From Myxococcales bacterium (lineage in GTDB: Bacteria > Myxococcota_A > Polyangia > Polyangiales > Houyiibacteriaceae), in contig JAOTXX010000002.1 of NCBI GenBank assembly GCA_029862185.1, positions 23,162-87,161 on the forward strand: a stretch of 64,000 nt of DNA, read 5' to 3'. Below, piece by piece: positions 38,190-47,391 of the stretch. Within the stretch, counting starts at the first letter, position 1; every line of letters starts with the position of its first letter. A model generated the notes under the pieces. That model was not told the origin of the DNA. It did no database searches and worked only from the letters and a program-made list of their open reading frames with translations. The translations under genes were made by a program, and so were the position numbers.

Positions 38190-38945
38190 TCAACCCAAGC
38201 TCATGTAGAGCAGGCGGCCGGCGACGTAGAGAACCAACAGGGCGGTGAGTCGCTTCACGACGCGGCCCGAGAGAACGCGGGTGCTGAGCCGGCTGCCTAT
38301 CTGACCGCCGATCAGAACGGCCACGCCAAGCCAGATGTAGTTGAAGAGCTCTGCCAGGTGTGTGGTCGTCCCTTGCTTCGTCGCCTGGCCGACGAGGCCG
38401 GCGATTGAATTCACCATGATGAAAAAGCTCGCGGTGGCGGCGATGCGCTTCGGTTCGGCGAGCCGGAGCAGATGCAATGCAGGCGCCAAAAAGATTCCGC
38501 CGCCGACGCCCACCATGCCCGAAAGAAAACCGATCGCACCGCCGAGGGGTACGCCCACGAGCCAATTGATCATAGCGACGCGCGGTGGAGACGCCCTTGC
38601 CTGTGACGGCTGAAACCACATCGCAATGCCGGCCGCGAGCAAGGAAAGCCCGAGCAAGAGGACGAAGGTTTGCCTTTGGATTGGAACGCTCCCGCCGAAC
38701 CAGGCCATGGGAATCGAGAGCGCCACGAACGGAAGCGCAAAACCGACGCTGAGCTCGCCCGAACGCCGGTACTGCCACACGCCACCGGCGACCACGATGA
38801 GGTTGCAGGCCAGTGCGACGGACGGAAGGATGCGGTAATCCGTATCGGCGAGAACCAAGAGGGCGTTGTAGGTGGAACCGCCGCCGAAACCGACCGATGC
38901 GTAAAGCAGGGCAGTCACGAGGAAGAGCAGGGCGAGGATCAGCAT
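38190..38945 (-). CDS. TauE/SafE (TSUP) sulfite exporter family membrane protein
   Basis: YASVGFGGGS.Y, GFLSGMVGVGGGIFLAP, NSIAGL. Confidence 0.88.
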   Translation of the reverse strand: MLILALLFLVTALLYASVGFGGGSTYNALLVLADTDYRILPSVALACNLIVVAGGVWQYRRSGELSVGFALPFVALSIPMAWFGGSVPIQRQTFVLLLGLSLLAAGIAMWFQPSQARASPPRVAMINWLVGVPLGGAIGFLSGMVGVGGGIFLAPALHLLRLAEPKRIAATASFFIMVNSIAGLVGQATKQGTTTHLAELFNYIWLGVAVLIGGQIGSRLSTRVLSGRVVKRLTALLVLYVAGRLLYMSLG

Positions 38946-38990
38946 GCAGGCGCTGGATACGTCACGCTGCGAGCCCTTGCAACGACGAAG

Positions 38991-40307
38991 CTAACGCTGG
39001 CGCCGTTCGGCGCAGCGAGCCGTCGCAGTCGCCACCGCGACGGGACGCAGGTCGCCCGGTATGAGGCCGCCAAAGCAATTGGTGACGATGGCGACGCCGA
39101 GCTCGCGTTCCGGATCCGCCCATGCGCCTGATCCGCCAAAACCAAAATGGCCGAATGCATGGGGGTTCGGAAGCCCGAAGTCGAAGTGACGCTGCGCGAT
39201 GGAGAAACGCACGCCGAGAGAGACGGGCCGCATGTAACCGACCTTGAAGCGAAGCGGAAAGGGAATCACGCGCCCGATGCGCCGGTTCTGATCTTCGGTG
39301 GCCTCTGCGAGGGCCGAAGCCGATAGGATCCGGACTCCGTTGAGTACGCCCCCGCGACTGAGGGCGCCGTAGAGCCGGGCCAAGGACCGAGCGTTGAACA
39401 CGCCGTTGCCCGATGGAATGACCGAGGTGAGCCAGCGCGGGTCGCCCAGCACATCGCCGAGCCCGGGCGGGATCATCGCATCGACAAACTGTCCAATCGC
39501 AGAGTGCCATCGCGCGGTGGTGGACGCCGTTCGGCGAACCTGTGCGCGAACGCCCCGCGGTCGCCCACGAAGAACTTTCCGCGGAAACTTCGGGATGAGG
39601 AACTCGGCCACACGGGGCAGCTCGCTCTCGGGGAGCCCCATGTAGAGTCCGTCGAGCTCGAGTGGGTCAGCGAGATTCTCTTTGATCAGTTGGGGGAAGG
39701 GCTTGCCGGTCGCACGCTGGAGGACCTCGCCGATGATCCAGCCGCCGGTCCAGGCGTGGTAGCCAAAGTCCGTGTCCGGCTGGTGTACGGGCCACATGTC
39801 TTCGATGACGCGAACCATGTGATCCCAGTCGAACATTTCTTCGGACGAGTCGATGACCCGGGCGATCGAGTAGAGGCCTGCGCGGTGTGATGCGGCTTGT
39901 CGTAGCGTGATGGCCCCCTTGCCGTTCTTGCCAAACTCCGGCCAGTACCTCGCGACGGGCGCATCGAGGTCCAGCACACCTCGGTCGACCATTTGGTGGA
40001 ACAGCGTTGCCATGACGCCCTTGCCGGTCGACATGCTCAAGGCGAGCGTCTCCGGCTGGAAAGGGGTTCCGTTCCTGTCGCGTGTGCCGCCAGCGAGATC
40101 TGCCACGAGCTCTCCACGGTGATACACGGCGATGGCGACGCCGCCCGGGCCGTGGGCAGGCGTGCACCAGCGAACGGTGTCCCGCAACGAACGAAAATCC
40201 GGATGGCTGTATCCGCGTACCTGCATGTTCTCCGACGGTGACCTCGATATCCCGATGACACTCCGACGATCGGCCGCTGACACGCCCTTTGTCAAAGTAG
40301 ACGCCAT
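38991..40307 (-). CDS. serine hydrolase (beta-lactamase-related esterase family)
   Basis: SxxK (STGK), D.PVARYWPEFG.NGK..IT, HRAGL, GYH, FGHFGFGGS..WADP. Alternative start at 40226. Confidence 0.88.
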   Translation of the reverse strand: MASTLTKGVSAADRRSVIGISRSPSENMQVRGYSHPDFRSLRDTVRWCTPAHGPGGVAIAVYHRGELVADLAGGTRDRNGTPFQPETLALSMSTGKGVMATLFHQMVDRGVLDLDAPVARYWPEFGKNGKGAITLRQAASHRAGLYSIARVIDSSEEMFDWDHMVRVIEDMWPVHQPDTDFGYHAWTGGWIIGEVLQRATGKPFPQLIKENLADPLELDGLYMGLPESELPRVAEFLIPKFPRKVLRGRPRGVRAQVRRTASTTARWHSAIGQFVDAMIPPGLGDVLGDPRWLTSVIPSGNGVFNARSLARLYGALSRGGVLNGVRILSASALAEATEDQNRRIGRVIPFPLRFKVGYMRPVSLGVRFSIAQRHFDFGLPNPHAFGHFGFGGSGAWADPERELGVAIVTNCFGGLIPGDLRPVAVATATARCAERRQR

Positions 40308-40515
40308 CCCTGGCGCGACTCACCCTGTTCGATCCGCTCTGGCTTGCAACCGGCGTGCCGCGCCCAGAAGCTCGTCGTTCGTGTAAGCAATTGGCTGCAC
40401 ATCGGACGCTTGGCGCGCAGAAACTGCGCTGCTCGCCGACGCCGGTGCAGTCATTGCGCGGTCTCGTTTCGGGCCCTTGCCGCAATGAAGCGCAACCTCG
40501 GGTAGAATCCCGACG

Positions 40516-41745
40516 ATGCCCGAGGATTCAGTCCCACAGCCTTTCGACGAGGTAGAAGATCTGCTCGACGTCTTTCGAAAGCACGTCGCGCCCAACAAGC
40601 TCGCGTACTACCAGCGAATGGGCCTCCAGATGGTCATGGGGAAACGTGAGGGGATCTGGTTCGAAGATGCGTACACCGGGCTTCGGCTCATCAACTGTCA
40701 TTGCAACGGCGGTGTCTTCGGCCTGGGGCACTGCAACCCTCGCGTCACCGCCGCGGTGGCCAACGCCTTGGGCCAGCTCGACATCGGCAATCATCATTTC
40801 GTTTCGGGTCAGCGCGCACAGCTAGCGGCGCGACTCTCGGCAACGTTCGACCATGCGCTTCCACGGGTCGTGTTCGGCGTTTCCGGAGGCGAGGCCATCG
40901 ATGTCGCGATCAAGGCGGCGCGAGGCGCGACCGGCAGGGGCGAGATCATCTCCGCGCACGGTGGCTATCACGGACACACCGGACTTTCTCTGGCGGCCGG
41001 CGACGCCCAGTTCCGGGACCCGTTTGGTCCGAACCTTCCCGGTTTCGCGCAGGTTCCATTCAACGATCGGAGCGCGATGGAAGCGTCGATCGACGATGAC
41101 ACGGCAGCCGTGATTCTCGAAGCCATTCCCGCCACCTTGGGTATGCCGATTCCGGAGCCTGGCTATTTCAGCGCTGTTCGGAAGCTTTGCGATGATCGAG
41201 GGGCTCTTCTGATCGTCGACGAGGTCCAGACTGGACTCGGTCGCACAGGGCGCTGGTGGGGTGTCCAACACGAAGACGTGACCCCGGATGCGCTCGTCAC
41301 CGGCAAGGGGCTCTCTGGAGGGATCTATCCGATCACGGCAACCCTCATGACGCGCGACATGCACGAGGTTCTCGATTCGGAAGCCAATCCCTTCGTTCAC
41401 ATCTCGACCTTTGGAGGCTCCGAGCTGGGTTGTGTCGCGGCGCAAGCAGTGCTCGACATCGTCGGCGCGCCTGGCTTTCTCGACCACGTCGGCGCCTTGT
41501 CGGAACGGTTTGTCGAGGCGTTCGATCCGCTGCCTTTCGAGCTTCGACGCCGAGGCCTCTTCATGGGACTCCGTTTTTCGAGCGAGATGGACGCGCTCGG
41601 CGCGCTCCTGCGGATCATGCAGCAGGGTGTCTTCTGTTTTCCTGCGGGCAATGACCGAAGCGTGCTTCAGTTTTTGCCGCCCTTGATTTTGACCGACGAC
41701 GAAGCGGAAGGCTTGATTATACGCATGACGAAAGCTTTTGCGTAG
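40516..41745 (+). CDS. class III PLP-dependent aminotransferase (putrescine/ornithine aminotransferase-like)
   Basis: SGGEAID, GYHGHT, LIVDEVQTGLGRTG, GKGLSGG (PLP lysine), STFGG. Confidence 0.92.
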   Translation: MPEDSVPQPFDEVEDLLDVFRKHVAPNKLAYYQRMGLQMVMGKREGIWFEDAYTGLRLINCHCNGGVFGLGHCNPRVTAAVANALGQLDIGNHHFVSGQRAQLAARLSATFDHALPRVVFGVSGGEAIDVAIKAARGATGRGEIISAHGGYHGHTGLSLAAGDAQFRDPFGPNLPGFAQVPFNDRSAMEASIDDDTAAVILEAIPATLGMPIPEPGYFSAVRKLCDDRGALLIVDEVQTGLGRTGRWWGVQHEDVTPDALVTGKGLSGGIYPITATLMTRDMHEVLDSEANPFVHISTFGGSELGCVAAQAVLDIVGAPGFLDHVGALSERFVEAFDPLPFELRRRGLFMGLRFSSEMDALGALLRIMQQGVFCFPAGNDRSVLQFLPPLILTDDEAEGLIIRMTKAFA

Positions 41746-42641
41746 TGGCGTTTACGAGCGCGGCGGAGATCGAGGCCTTCGAGCGTCGGCTGGCCGATGC
41801 CGTTCGGACCGGGCATGCGGAAGACCTAGACATCATCGGGTATGGCGAAGTGACCATCGCAGTGAAGCTCGCGACGCCGCACGGCGATTTCGCATGCAAG
41901 CGCCTGGTCCCGTTTTCGTCGCGAGACGCCGCGGAGCACACGGCGGCCTTGATTGCGTCGTACATCGCGCAGCTCACGGACTCAGGAATCGACGTCGTCG
42001 AGACCGAAACGCCGATCCTGACGCGCCCTGAGGGTCATGTCCTCTACTGCGTTCAGCCCTTGCTCCGGTCAGGGACACTTGGCCCTGATTTCCTCCGGGG
42101 CAAGACCGCAGAGGAAGCCGCTCCCCACGTTCGGCGGATCTTCGAGCACATCAGAGATGCGGTCACGCCCAGGCTTGCTCCAGATGGTCAGCTCTCCAAT
42201 TGGGTCATCGACGGAAATCGGCTCCGCTACCTCGACGTGGGAACCCCCTTCCTACGCAATGAACGCGGCGAAGACCTCTTCGATTTCACCGAACAGACCC
42301 GTGCTCTACCCGCGCCGGTCCGAGTCATCGTGAACCGATTCCTTCTGCACGGAATCCTGGACAACTATCATTCGGTTCGTGGGCAGGCGATGGACTTCCT
42401 CGGGAACCTCATCAAGGAAGGGCTCGCTGACATCTTTCCACCGCTGATCCCGTTGGCCAACGAAGTGTTCGCGCTGTCACCGGAGATCACCGAAAAGGAG
42501 GTGCGAGCGCACTACAAGAGCGACGCGCAAACCTACGCATTCATCCAATCGGCGCGCCGGGCCGATCGATGGGTCTATCGCAAGCTCCTGCGCAAGCCAT
42601 ACCCATACCTGCTACCACCTCCGATCGACCGCTTCGGCTAG
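41745..42641 (+). CDS. DUF6206-like protein with protein-kinase-like motifs
   Basis: IIGYGEVT, ACKRL, DGQLSNW, YLDVGTP, NLIKE. 1-nt overlap with the aminotransferase stop. Confidence 0.7.
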   Translation: MAFTSAAEIEAFERRLADAVRTGHAEDLDIIGYGEVTIAVKLATPHGDFACKRLVPFSSRDAAEHTAALIASYIAQLTDSGIDVVETETPILTRPEGHVLYCVQPLLRSGTLGPDFLRGKTAEEAAPHVRRIFEHIRDAVTPRLAPDGQLSNWVIDGNRLRYLDVGTPFLRNERGEDLFDFTEQTRALPAPVRVIVNRFLLHGILDNYHSVRGQAMDFLGNLIKEGLADIFPPLIPLANEVFALSPEITEKEVRAHYKSDAQTYAFIQSARRADRWVYRKLLRKPYPYLLPPPIDRFG

Positions 42642-42665
42642 CGTTCAAGCGATGCCGCCGGGCCG

Positions 42666-43085
42666 CTACGCCGAGAACGGTCGGAAGATGGCGAGTGTGA
42701 TGATCAGCACGGCGAGAATCGACAACGCCCAGGCGAGCTTACCAAAGACCTTTGGCGAAACGTCTTGTCCCTCGGCCCAGCGTCGGAGCTTACCCGTGAG
42801 CACACCGGTCGCACCGGCCAGGACGAGCAAGAGCGCCAGCTTCGTGTGCATCCAACCTTGTTTCGCGTAGAGCTCCGCGAAGTTCGGAATTAGCATTCCA
42901 AAGCCCCCAGCAAAGGCGAAGAGCATGGCCGGCGTGGTCACGCGTATCGATATTTTGCGGAGTGATTGGGCGATGCCGCTTTCCCATGGGCTTGGCGCGG
43001 ACGCCGCGATTGCGACCGCCACGGCGCTGCCGATCCAGAAGGTAATACCCAAAAAATGAAGGTACCGGAAAACGATGATGCTCAT
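42666..43085 (-). CDS. 4-TM CopD/HemJ-like membrane protein
   Basis: LH.....W in TM1, GWMHTKL in TM3, C-terminal RPF. Confidence 0.65.
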   Translation of the reverse strand: MSIIVFRYLHFLGITFWIGSAVAVAIAASAPSPWESGIAQSLRKISIRVTTPAMLFAFAGGFGMLIPNFAELYAKQGWMHTKLALLLVLAGATGVLTGKLRRWAEGQDVSPKVFGKLAWALSILAVLIITLAIFRPFSA

Positions 43086-43112
43086 TGCGTGCGCTCCTCC
43101 GCGCGCCGGAGT

Positions 43113-43742
43113 CTAGCTGCCATAGACCAGCGGCACAAAGACGCATCGACAAAGCTCTTCCGTTTCGAGCTTGTCGCCTCGCTTTCGCAAGGTCTGAAGG
43201 GATTGGCCCCATTTGCCGCCCACCGGGATGACGAGACGGCCGCCTTCTTGCAGCTGGTCGACCAAAGCCGATGGGACTTCCTCTGCCGCAGCGGCGACGA
43301 CGATGCCGTCATACGGAGCACCTTCGGGCCACCCTTTGCGCCCGTCGGCGCAGATGAGCTCGACGTTGTCGATGCCCAACGAGTCGAGGGCATGCCGCGC
43401 GTGTTGGACCAGCTCCGGGATGATTTCGATCGCGTAGACCTTCTTGGCCAGCTTGGAAAGAACGGCCGCTTGGTAGCCTGATCCAGCTCCGATCTCGAGA
43501 ACGGTTTCGTGCCCCTCGAGCTGCAGGGCCTCGACCGACATCGCGACCATCAGTGGTTGCGAGATCGTCTGCCCATGCGAAAGCGGGAGAGCGCTATCCG
43601 CGTATGCATTTCGCTTCTGCGCTTCGGGAACGAATGCCTCGCGAGGCACTTCGCCCATTGCGGCGAGCACGCGGCTGTCGCCGATCCCCCGACGCCGAAG
43701 CTGGCGCTCCACCATGGCCGCGCGCTCTTTCCCCAAGTCCAT
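43113..43742 (-). CDS. pcm: protein-L-isoaspartate O-methyltransferase
   Basis: VPREAFVP, AYAD..LP...GQTISQP, LEIGAGSGYQAA, APYDGIVV.AA, VFVPL. Confidence 0.95.
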   Translation of the reverse strand: MDLGKERAAMVERQLRRRGIGDSRVLAAMGEVPREAFVPEAQKRNAYADSALPLSHGQTISQPLMVAMSVEALQLEGHETVLEIGAGSGYQAAVLSKLAKKVYAIEIIPELVQHARHALDSLGIDNVELICADGRKGWPEGAPYDGIVVAAAAEEVPSALVDQLQEGGRLVIPVGGKWGQSLQTLRKRGDKLETEELCRCVFVPLVYGS

Positions 43743-43828
43743 TGCGCCCCTAAATAGCATCCAAGCTCGCAGCGCGACAGCCCCGACTTTACGGGCTAGA
43801 GTCGCTCCGTCGCAAACGAGGAAATGAC

Positions 43829-44902
43829 ATGGCCAAGACCAATCCAGGCAATTTTTTCGAGGATTTCGAAGTGGGTGCAGAGCTCGTCCACGCCGTGCCG
43901 CGCACCATCACCGAGGGCGAGGCGGCGCTCTACATCGGTCTTACGGGCTCCCGCTATCCGCTGCATTGTTCCGCGGAGTTCGCGCGCTCTCTGGGCCATC
44001 CCCGCGAGACGATCAACGACATGCTGACGTTCCATATCGTGTTCGGAAAGACTGTCAACGACGTCTCGCTCAACGCAGTGGCGAACCTCGGCTACGCCGG
44101 GGTGAGGTTTCTGGCACCGGTTTACCCGGGCGACACGATGCGCTCCGTCTCCAAGGTCATCGGCAAAAAGGAGAACAGCAACGGCAAGACGGGTGTCGTC
44201 TGGGTCAAGACGGTCGGGACCAATCAACGCGGTGAAGCGGTCCTCGAATTCTACCGCTGGGTCATGGTGCACAAGCGAGACCCGTCCACGCCCACCGGTG
44301 CAGCCGACCGCCCACCGATGCCCAAAGAAGTCGTTCCGGCGGACTTCGTGGTGCCAGCCAATCTCGATTTGAGCCGGTACGAAGACTGGCCCGCGGGCGG
44401 CAGCGCGTACTTCGAAGATTACGAGCGGGGTGAGAAGATCGACCACGTGGACGGGATGACGATCGAAGAGGCGGAGCATGCAATCGCGACGCGGCTGTAT
44501 CAAAACACAGCCAAAGTTCATTTCGATGCAGTCCAAACGAAAGATACCCGCTTCGGTCGCCGTTTGATGTATGGCGGTCACGTGATAAGCGTGGCGCGCT
44601 CGCTTTCCTTCAACGGGATGGAAAAGGTCCTAGGAATCCTTGCCTGGAACGGCGGCGCTCACGCAAACCCCACTTTCGCGGGTGACACCATCTACGCCTA
44701 CAGCGAGATCCTCGACAAAGCCGACATTCCTGGCCGCGGCGATTGTGGGGCCCTGCGGGTCAGATTGGTGGCGCTGCGCAACGTTCGGCCGACCGAGGCT
44801 GGCTTTCCGCTCAAGGTTTCCAAGGAGGGGAGGGAGGTCTATCACGAGGATGTCCTCCTCGACCTCGACTACTGGCTGCTCGTGCCGCGACGAAATCGCT
44901 GA
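43829..44902 (+). CDS. mch: double hot-dog MaoC dehydratase, mesaconyl-C1-CoA hydratase-like
   Basis: KTNPGNFFEDF...HAVPRT, FHIVFGKTV.DVSLNAVANLGY, IDHVDGMTIEEAEH..ATRLYQNTAKVHFD, YGGHVIS. Confidence 0.82.
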   Translation: MAKTNPGNFFEDFEVGAELVHAVPRTITEGEAALYIGLTGSRYPLHCSAEFARSLGHPRETINDMLTFHIVFGKTVNDVSLNAVANLGYAGVRFLAPVYPGDTMRSVSKVIGKKENSNGKTGVVWVKTVGTNQRGEAVLEFYRWVMVHKRDPSTPTGAADRPPMPKEVVPADFVVPANLDLSRYEDWPAGGSAYFEDYERGEKIDHVDGMTIEEAEHAIATRLYQNTAKVHFDAVQTKDTRFGRRLMYGGHVISVARSLSFNGMEKVLGILAWNGGAHANPTFAGDTIYAYSEILDKADIPGRGDCGALRVRLVALRNVRPTEAGFPLKVSKEGREVYHEDVLLDLDYWLLVPRRNR

Positions 44903-44962
44903 CGGCGGACGGCTTGCGCAGCTCTTGGCCATCCCCTACATGCGGCCCTCCAGGAGTCAGCC

Positions 44963-45097
44963 ATGTACTTGAACATCGTGAACAGCGACCGGTCCCGTAA
45001 GCGCAACAAGGCAGCGCGCCGCAACGCCAAGCGCAAGGCGAAGAACCGTCGTCGCGTCAATCGCATGCACGGGCGCAAGCTGGGTCGCCGCCTCTGA
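44963..45097 (+). CDS. small highly basic protein (44 aa), not in the ORF track
   Basis: AGGAG RBS, then MYLNIVNSDRSRKRNKAARRNAKRKAKNRRRVNRMHGRKLGRRL*. Codons are GC3-rich and the ORF fills the gap before psrp. Confidence 0.75.
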   Translation: MYLNIVNSDRSRKRNKAARRNAKRKAKNRRRVNRMHGRKLGRRL

Positions 45098-45108
45098 GCC
45101 CAGTCTCG

Positions 45109-45957
45109 ATGGATGCGAAGGTTATCTATGTGGTGAGCGACTCGACCGGCGAAACAGCCGAGCGGGTGACGCGGGCCACGCTTCTTCAATTCCCCGCCCA
45201 TGGCGTTCGCCTCAAGATCGAACGTCGCCTCCGTGATCGACGCGCGCTGACAGCCGTTCTGGAGAGCGCGGCAGCCGACCAAGCGATGGTCGTATTCACA
45301 CTCGTTCGCCCAGAGCTGCGCGACCATTTCAATGAGCAAGCGACTCGGCTCAAGGTACGTCACGTGGACGTGATCGGTTCGCTCATACTTCAGATTGGCC
45401 ACTACCTCGAAGCGGATCCGGTGAACATCCCGACCGCCGAGATGCCGCTTTCCCAAGAGTACTTCCGCCGAGTCGAGGCGATCGAGTTCGCTGTGAAGAG
45501 CGACGACGGCAAGGAGCCGCGCAATCTCAACAAGGCCGACCTGGTCTTGGTGGGTGTGAGCCGAACGAGCAAGACGCCGCTGTCGACGTACTTGGCAGGG
45601 CGTGGACTCAAAGTGGCGAACGTGCCGCTTGTGCTCGGCGTGGAGCCGCCCGAAGAGCTCTACCAGCTCCCGGGCTTTCGGGTCGTCGGCCTCACCATCG
45701 ACGTGGACCAGTTGATGTACATCCGCCAGCAACGCCTGCAACAGCTCGGCATGCCGACCGACGCAAACTACGGCCTTCGCGACCACGTCAAAGCCGAGCT
45801 GGAGTACGCGCACGGCATCCTCCGCAGTAACCCCGAGTGGATGGTAATCGATGTGACGAACTGCGCCATCGAGGAGACGGCGACGATCATTCTCGAGGGA
45901 CTCAAGAACCACGACGCGATCAAGGCACTGACCTCGCCCCCACCGGGCGTTTATTAG
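45109..45957 (+). CDS. PEP synthase / pyruvate-phosphate dikinase regulatory protein (kinase-pyrophosphorylase, DUF299)
   Basis: VSDSTGETAE, YFRRVEAIEFAV..DDG, LVGVSRTSKTPLS.YLA, IDVT..AIEETA. Confidence 0.93.
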   Translation: MDAKVIYVVSDSTGETAERVTRATLLQFPAHGVRLKIERRLRDRRALTAVLESAAADQAMVVFTLVRPELRDHFNEQATRLKVRHVDVIGSLILQIGHYLEADPVNIPTAEMPLSQEYFRRVEAIEFAVKSDDGKEPRNLNKADLVLVGVSRTSKTPLSTYLAGRGLKVANVPLVLGVEPPEELYQLPGFRVVGLTIDVDQLMYIRQQRLQQLGMPTDANYGLRDHVKAELEYAHGILRSNPEWMVIDVTNCAIEETATIILEGLKNHDAIKALTSPPPGVY

Positions 45958-45976
45958 CCGCTGTTTCTGAAGGGCA

Positions 45977-46486
45977 CTAGCCTTGCGGCGTCGGGCCGTA
46001 CTGATGAGAGAGCGCGGCGTAGAACTGTGCGAGGATTCCGTCTGCGACTCGGAGGCGGCGGCTGAGCTCACGCGCGATGTTCATGATGAAAAGGGCGTAG
46101 TCTTTGACGTTGCGGCGGTAGAGAAGGTTCTCCACGTGGTCGGCCGTGACCGAGACCACCAAGGTCGGTGCAACGGCGCGCACGCTTGCCGATCGGGGTT
46201 GGACGTCGATGATTGACATCTCGCCGAACCAGTCACTCGGGCCGAGCACCGCAACACGCACGTCGCCGCCGGACTCGCCTTTCTTGATGACCTCGAGCTC
46301 GCCGGCAATGACGACGAACATCTGCGTCGACATGTCGCCCTCTTCGACGACGATCTGGCCTGCTTCGACTCGGGTCGTTGGAAGTGAGGAAGCCAGGATC
46401 TCGAGCGTCTCCTTGCTCAGGCCTCCAAAGAGGCCGATGTCGGCTAGGTGTTCCGAGTTGAGCTTAGGCGTAGGTGGTCGACTCAT
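45977..46486 (-). CDS. cyclic nucleotide-binding domain protein (Crp-like, no HTH)
   Basis: LFGGL, EGD....MFVVIAG, FGEMSIID..PRSASVRA. Confidence 0.88.
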   Translation of the reverse strand: MSRPPTPKLNSEHLADIGLFGGLSKETLEILASSLPTTRVEAGQIVVEEGDMSTQMFVVIAGELEVIKKGESGGDVRVAVLGPSDWFGEMSIIDVQPRSASVRAVAPTLVVSVTADHVENLLYRRNVKDYALFIMNIARELSRRLRVADGILAQFYAALSHQYGPTPQG

Positions 46487-46533
46487 GGTTCAAGCATACG
46501 CGAACCGCTCGTCCGAGTCATGATCGCGGCCAA

Positions 46534-47391
46534 CTAGGGACGGGGGTCTTCGCCGAGCACCAGATTGTCGATCAGGCGGGTCGAGCCAAGGTGCGCCGCC
46601 ACCGCGATCAACAGGCGGCTAGGCGAGGGCGGCGAGGGCGCCAGCGTTTCGGGATCGGCGGCGGCCACGTAGTCCAGGCGATCGAAGGTCGGGCGAATCA
46701 CTTCCTCAGCCAATGACCTGAGCGTGTTGGGGTCGCGTTCGCCATGCGCCCATGCATCGTACGCGTGACGGAGCCCAGAGACGATGCCGAGGGCGCGCTC
46801 GCGTTCCGACGGGCTGAGATAGCGATTGCGAGAGGAAAGGGCGAGGCCATCGGCCTCACGAATGATCGGGCAGCCGACCAGCTCGATCGGCATGTGGAGA
46901 TCCAGCGCCATCCGCGAGAGGATTTTCCACTGCTGGTAGTCTTTGCGGCCGAACATCGCCGTACAGGGACCGGTGAGATTGAACAGCTTCGTCACGACCG
47001 TGGTCACGCCATCGAAATGCGAAGTGCGAAACCCACCTTCGAGCGGCTTGCCTAGCTCTTTGACCGAGACCTCGGTTTGAAACCCCGGTGGATACATCGC
47101 GTTCGGCTCGGGCGCGAACACCAGATCGACCCCTCGTTCACGACAGCCAGCGAGGTCGCTCTCGAAGGTTCGCGGATAGCATGCCAGATCTTCTCCGGGT
47201 GCGAACTGCAACGGATTGACGAAAATCGTTAGCGCGATGAAGTCAGCGCGCGACCTGGCTTCGTCGATCAACGAGAAGTGACCCTCATGGAGCGCGCCCA
47301 TCGTGGGCACCAGCCCGACGCGTCGTTGAACCGCGCGCGCATCTTCGCAGGCCCGCCGAAACTCGGTAGGCTTGCGAACGACTTCGCTCAT
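46534..47391 (-). CDS. panC: pantoate-beta-alanine ligase
   Basis: VPTMGALHEGH, IFVNPLQF, HFDGVTTVV.KLFN, FGRKDYQQ, READGLALSSRN, RLIDN. ATGA overlap with panB. Confidence 0.96.
   Translation of the reverse strand: MSEVVRKPTEFRRACEDARAVQRRVGLVPTMGALHEGHFSLIDEARSRADFIALTIFVNPLQFAPGEDLACYPRTFESDLAGCRERGVDLVFAPEPNAMYPPGFQTEVSVKELGKPLEGGFRTSHFDGVTTVVTKLFNLTGPCTAMFGRKDYQQWKILSRMALDLHMPIELVGCPIIREADGLALSSRNRYLSPSERERALGIVSGLRHAYDAWAHGERDPNTLRSLAEEVIRPTFDRLDYVAAADPETLAPSPPSPSRLLIAVAAHLGSTRLIDNLVLGEDPRP

Noticed and set aside
44869-46071. 400-aa minus-strand ORF, and other long antisense ORFs (e.g. 55046-56227, 58711-59856, 12734-13789)
   Set aside because: Shadow frames opposite well-supported genes, expected at high GC, with no recognisable motifs.
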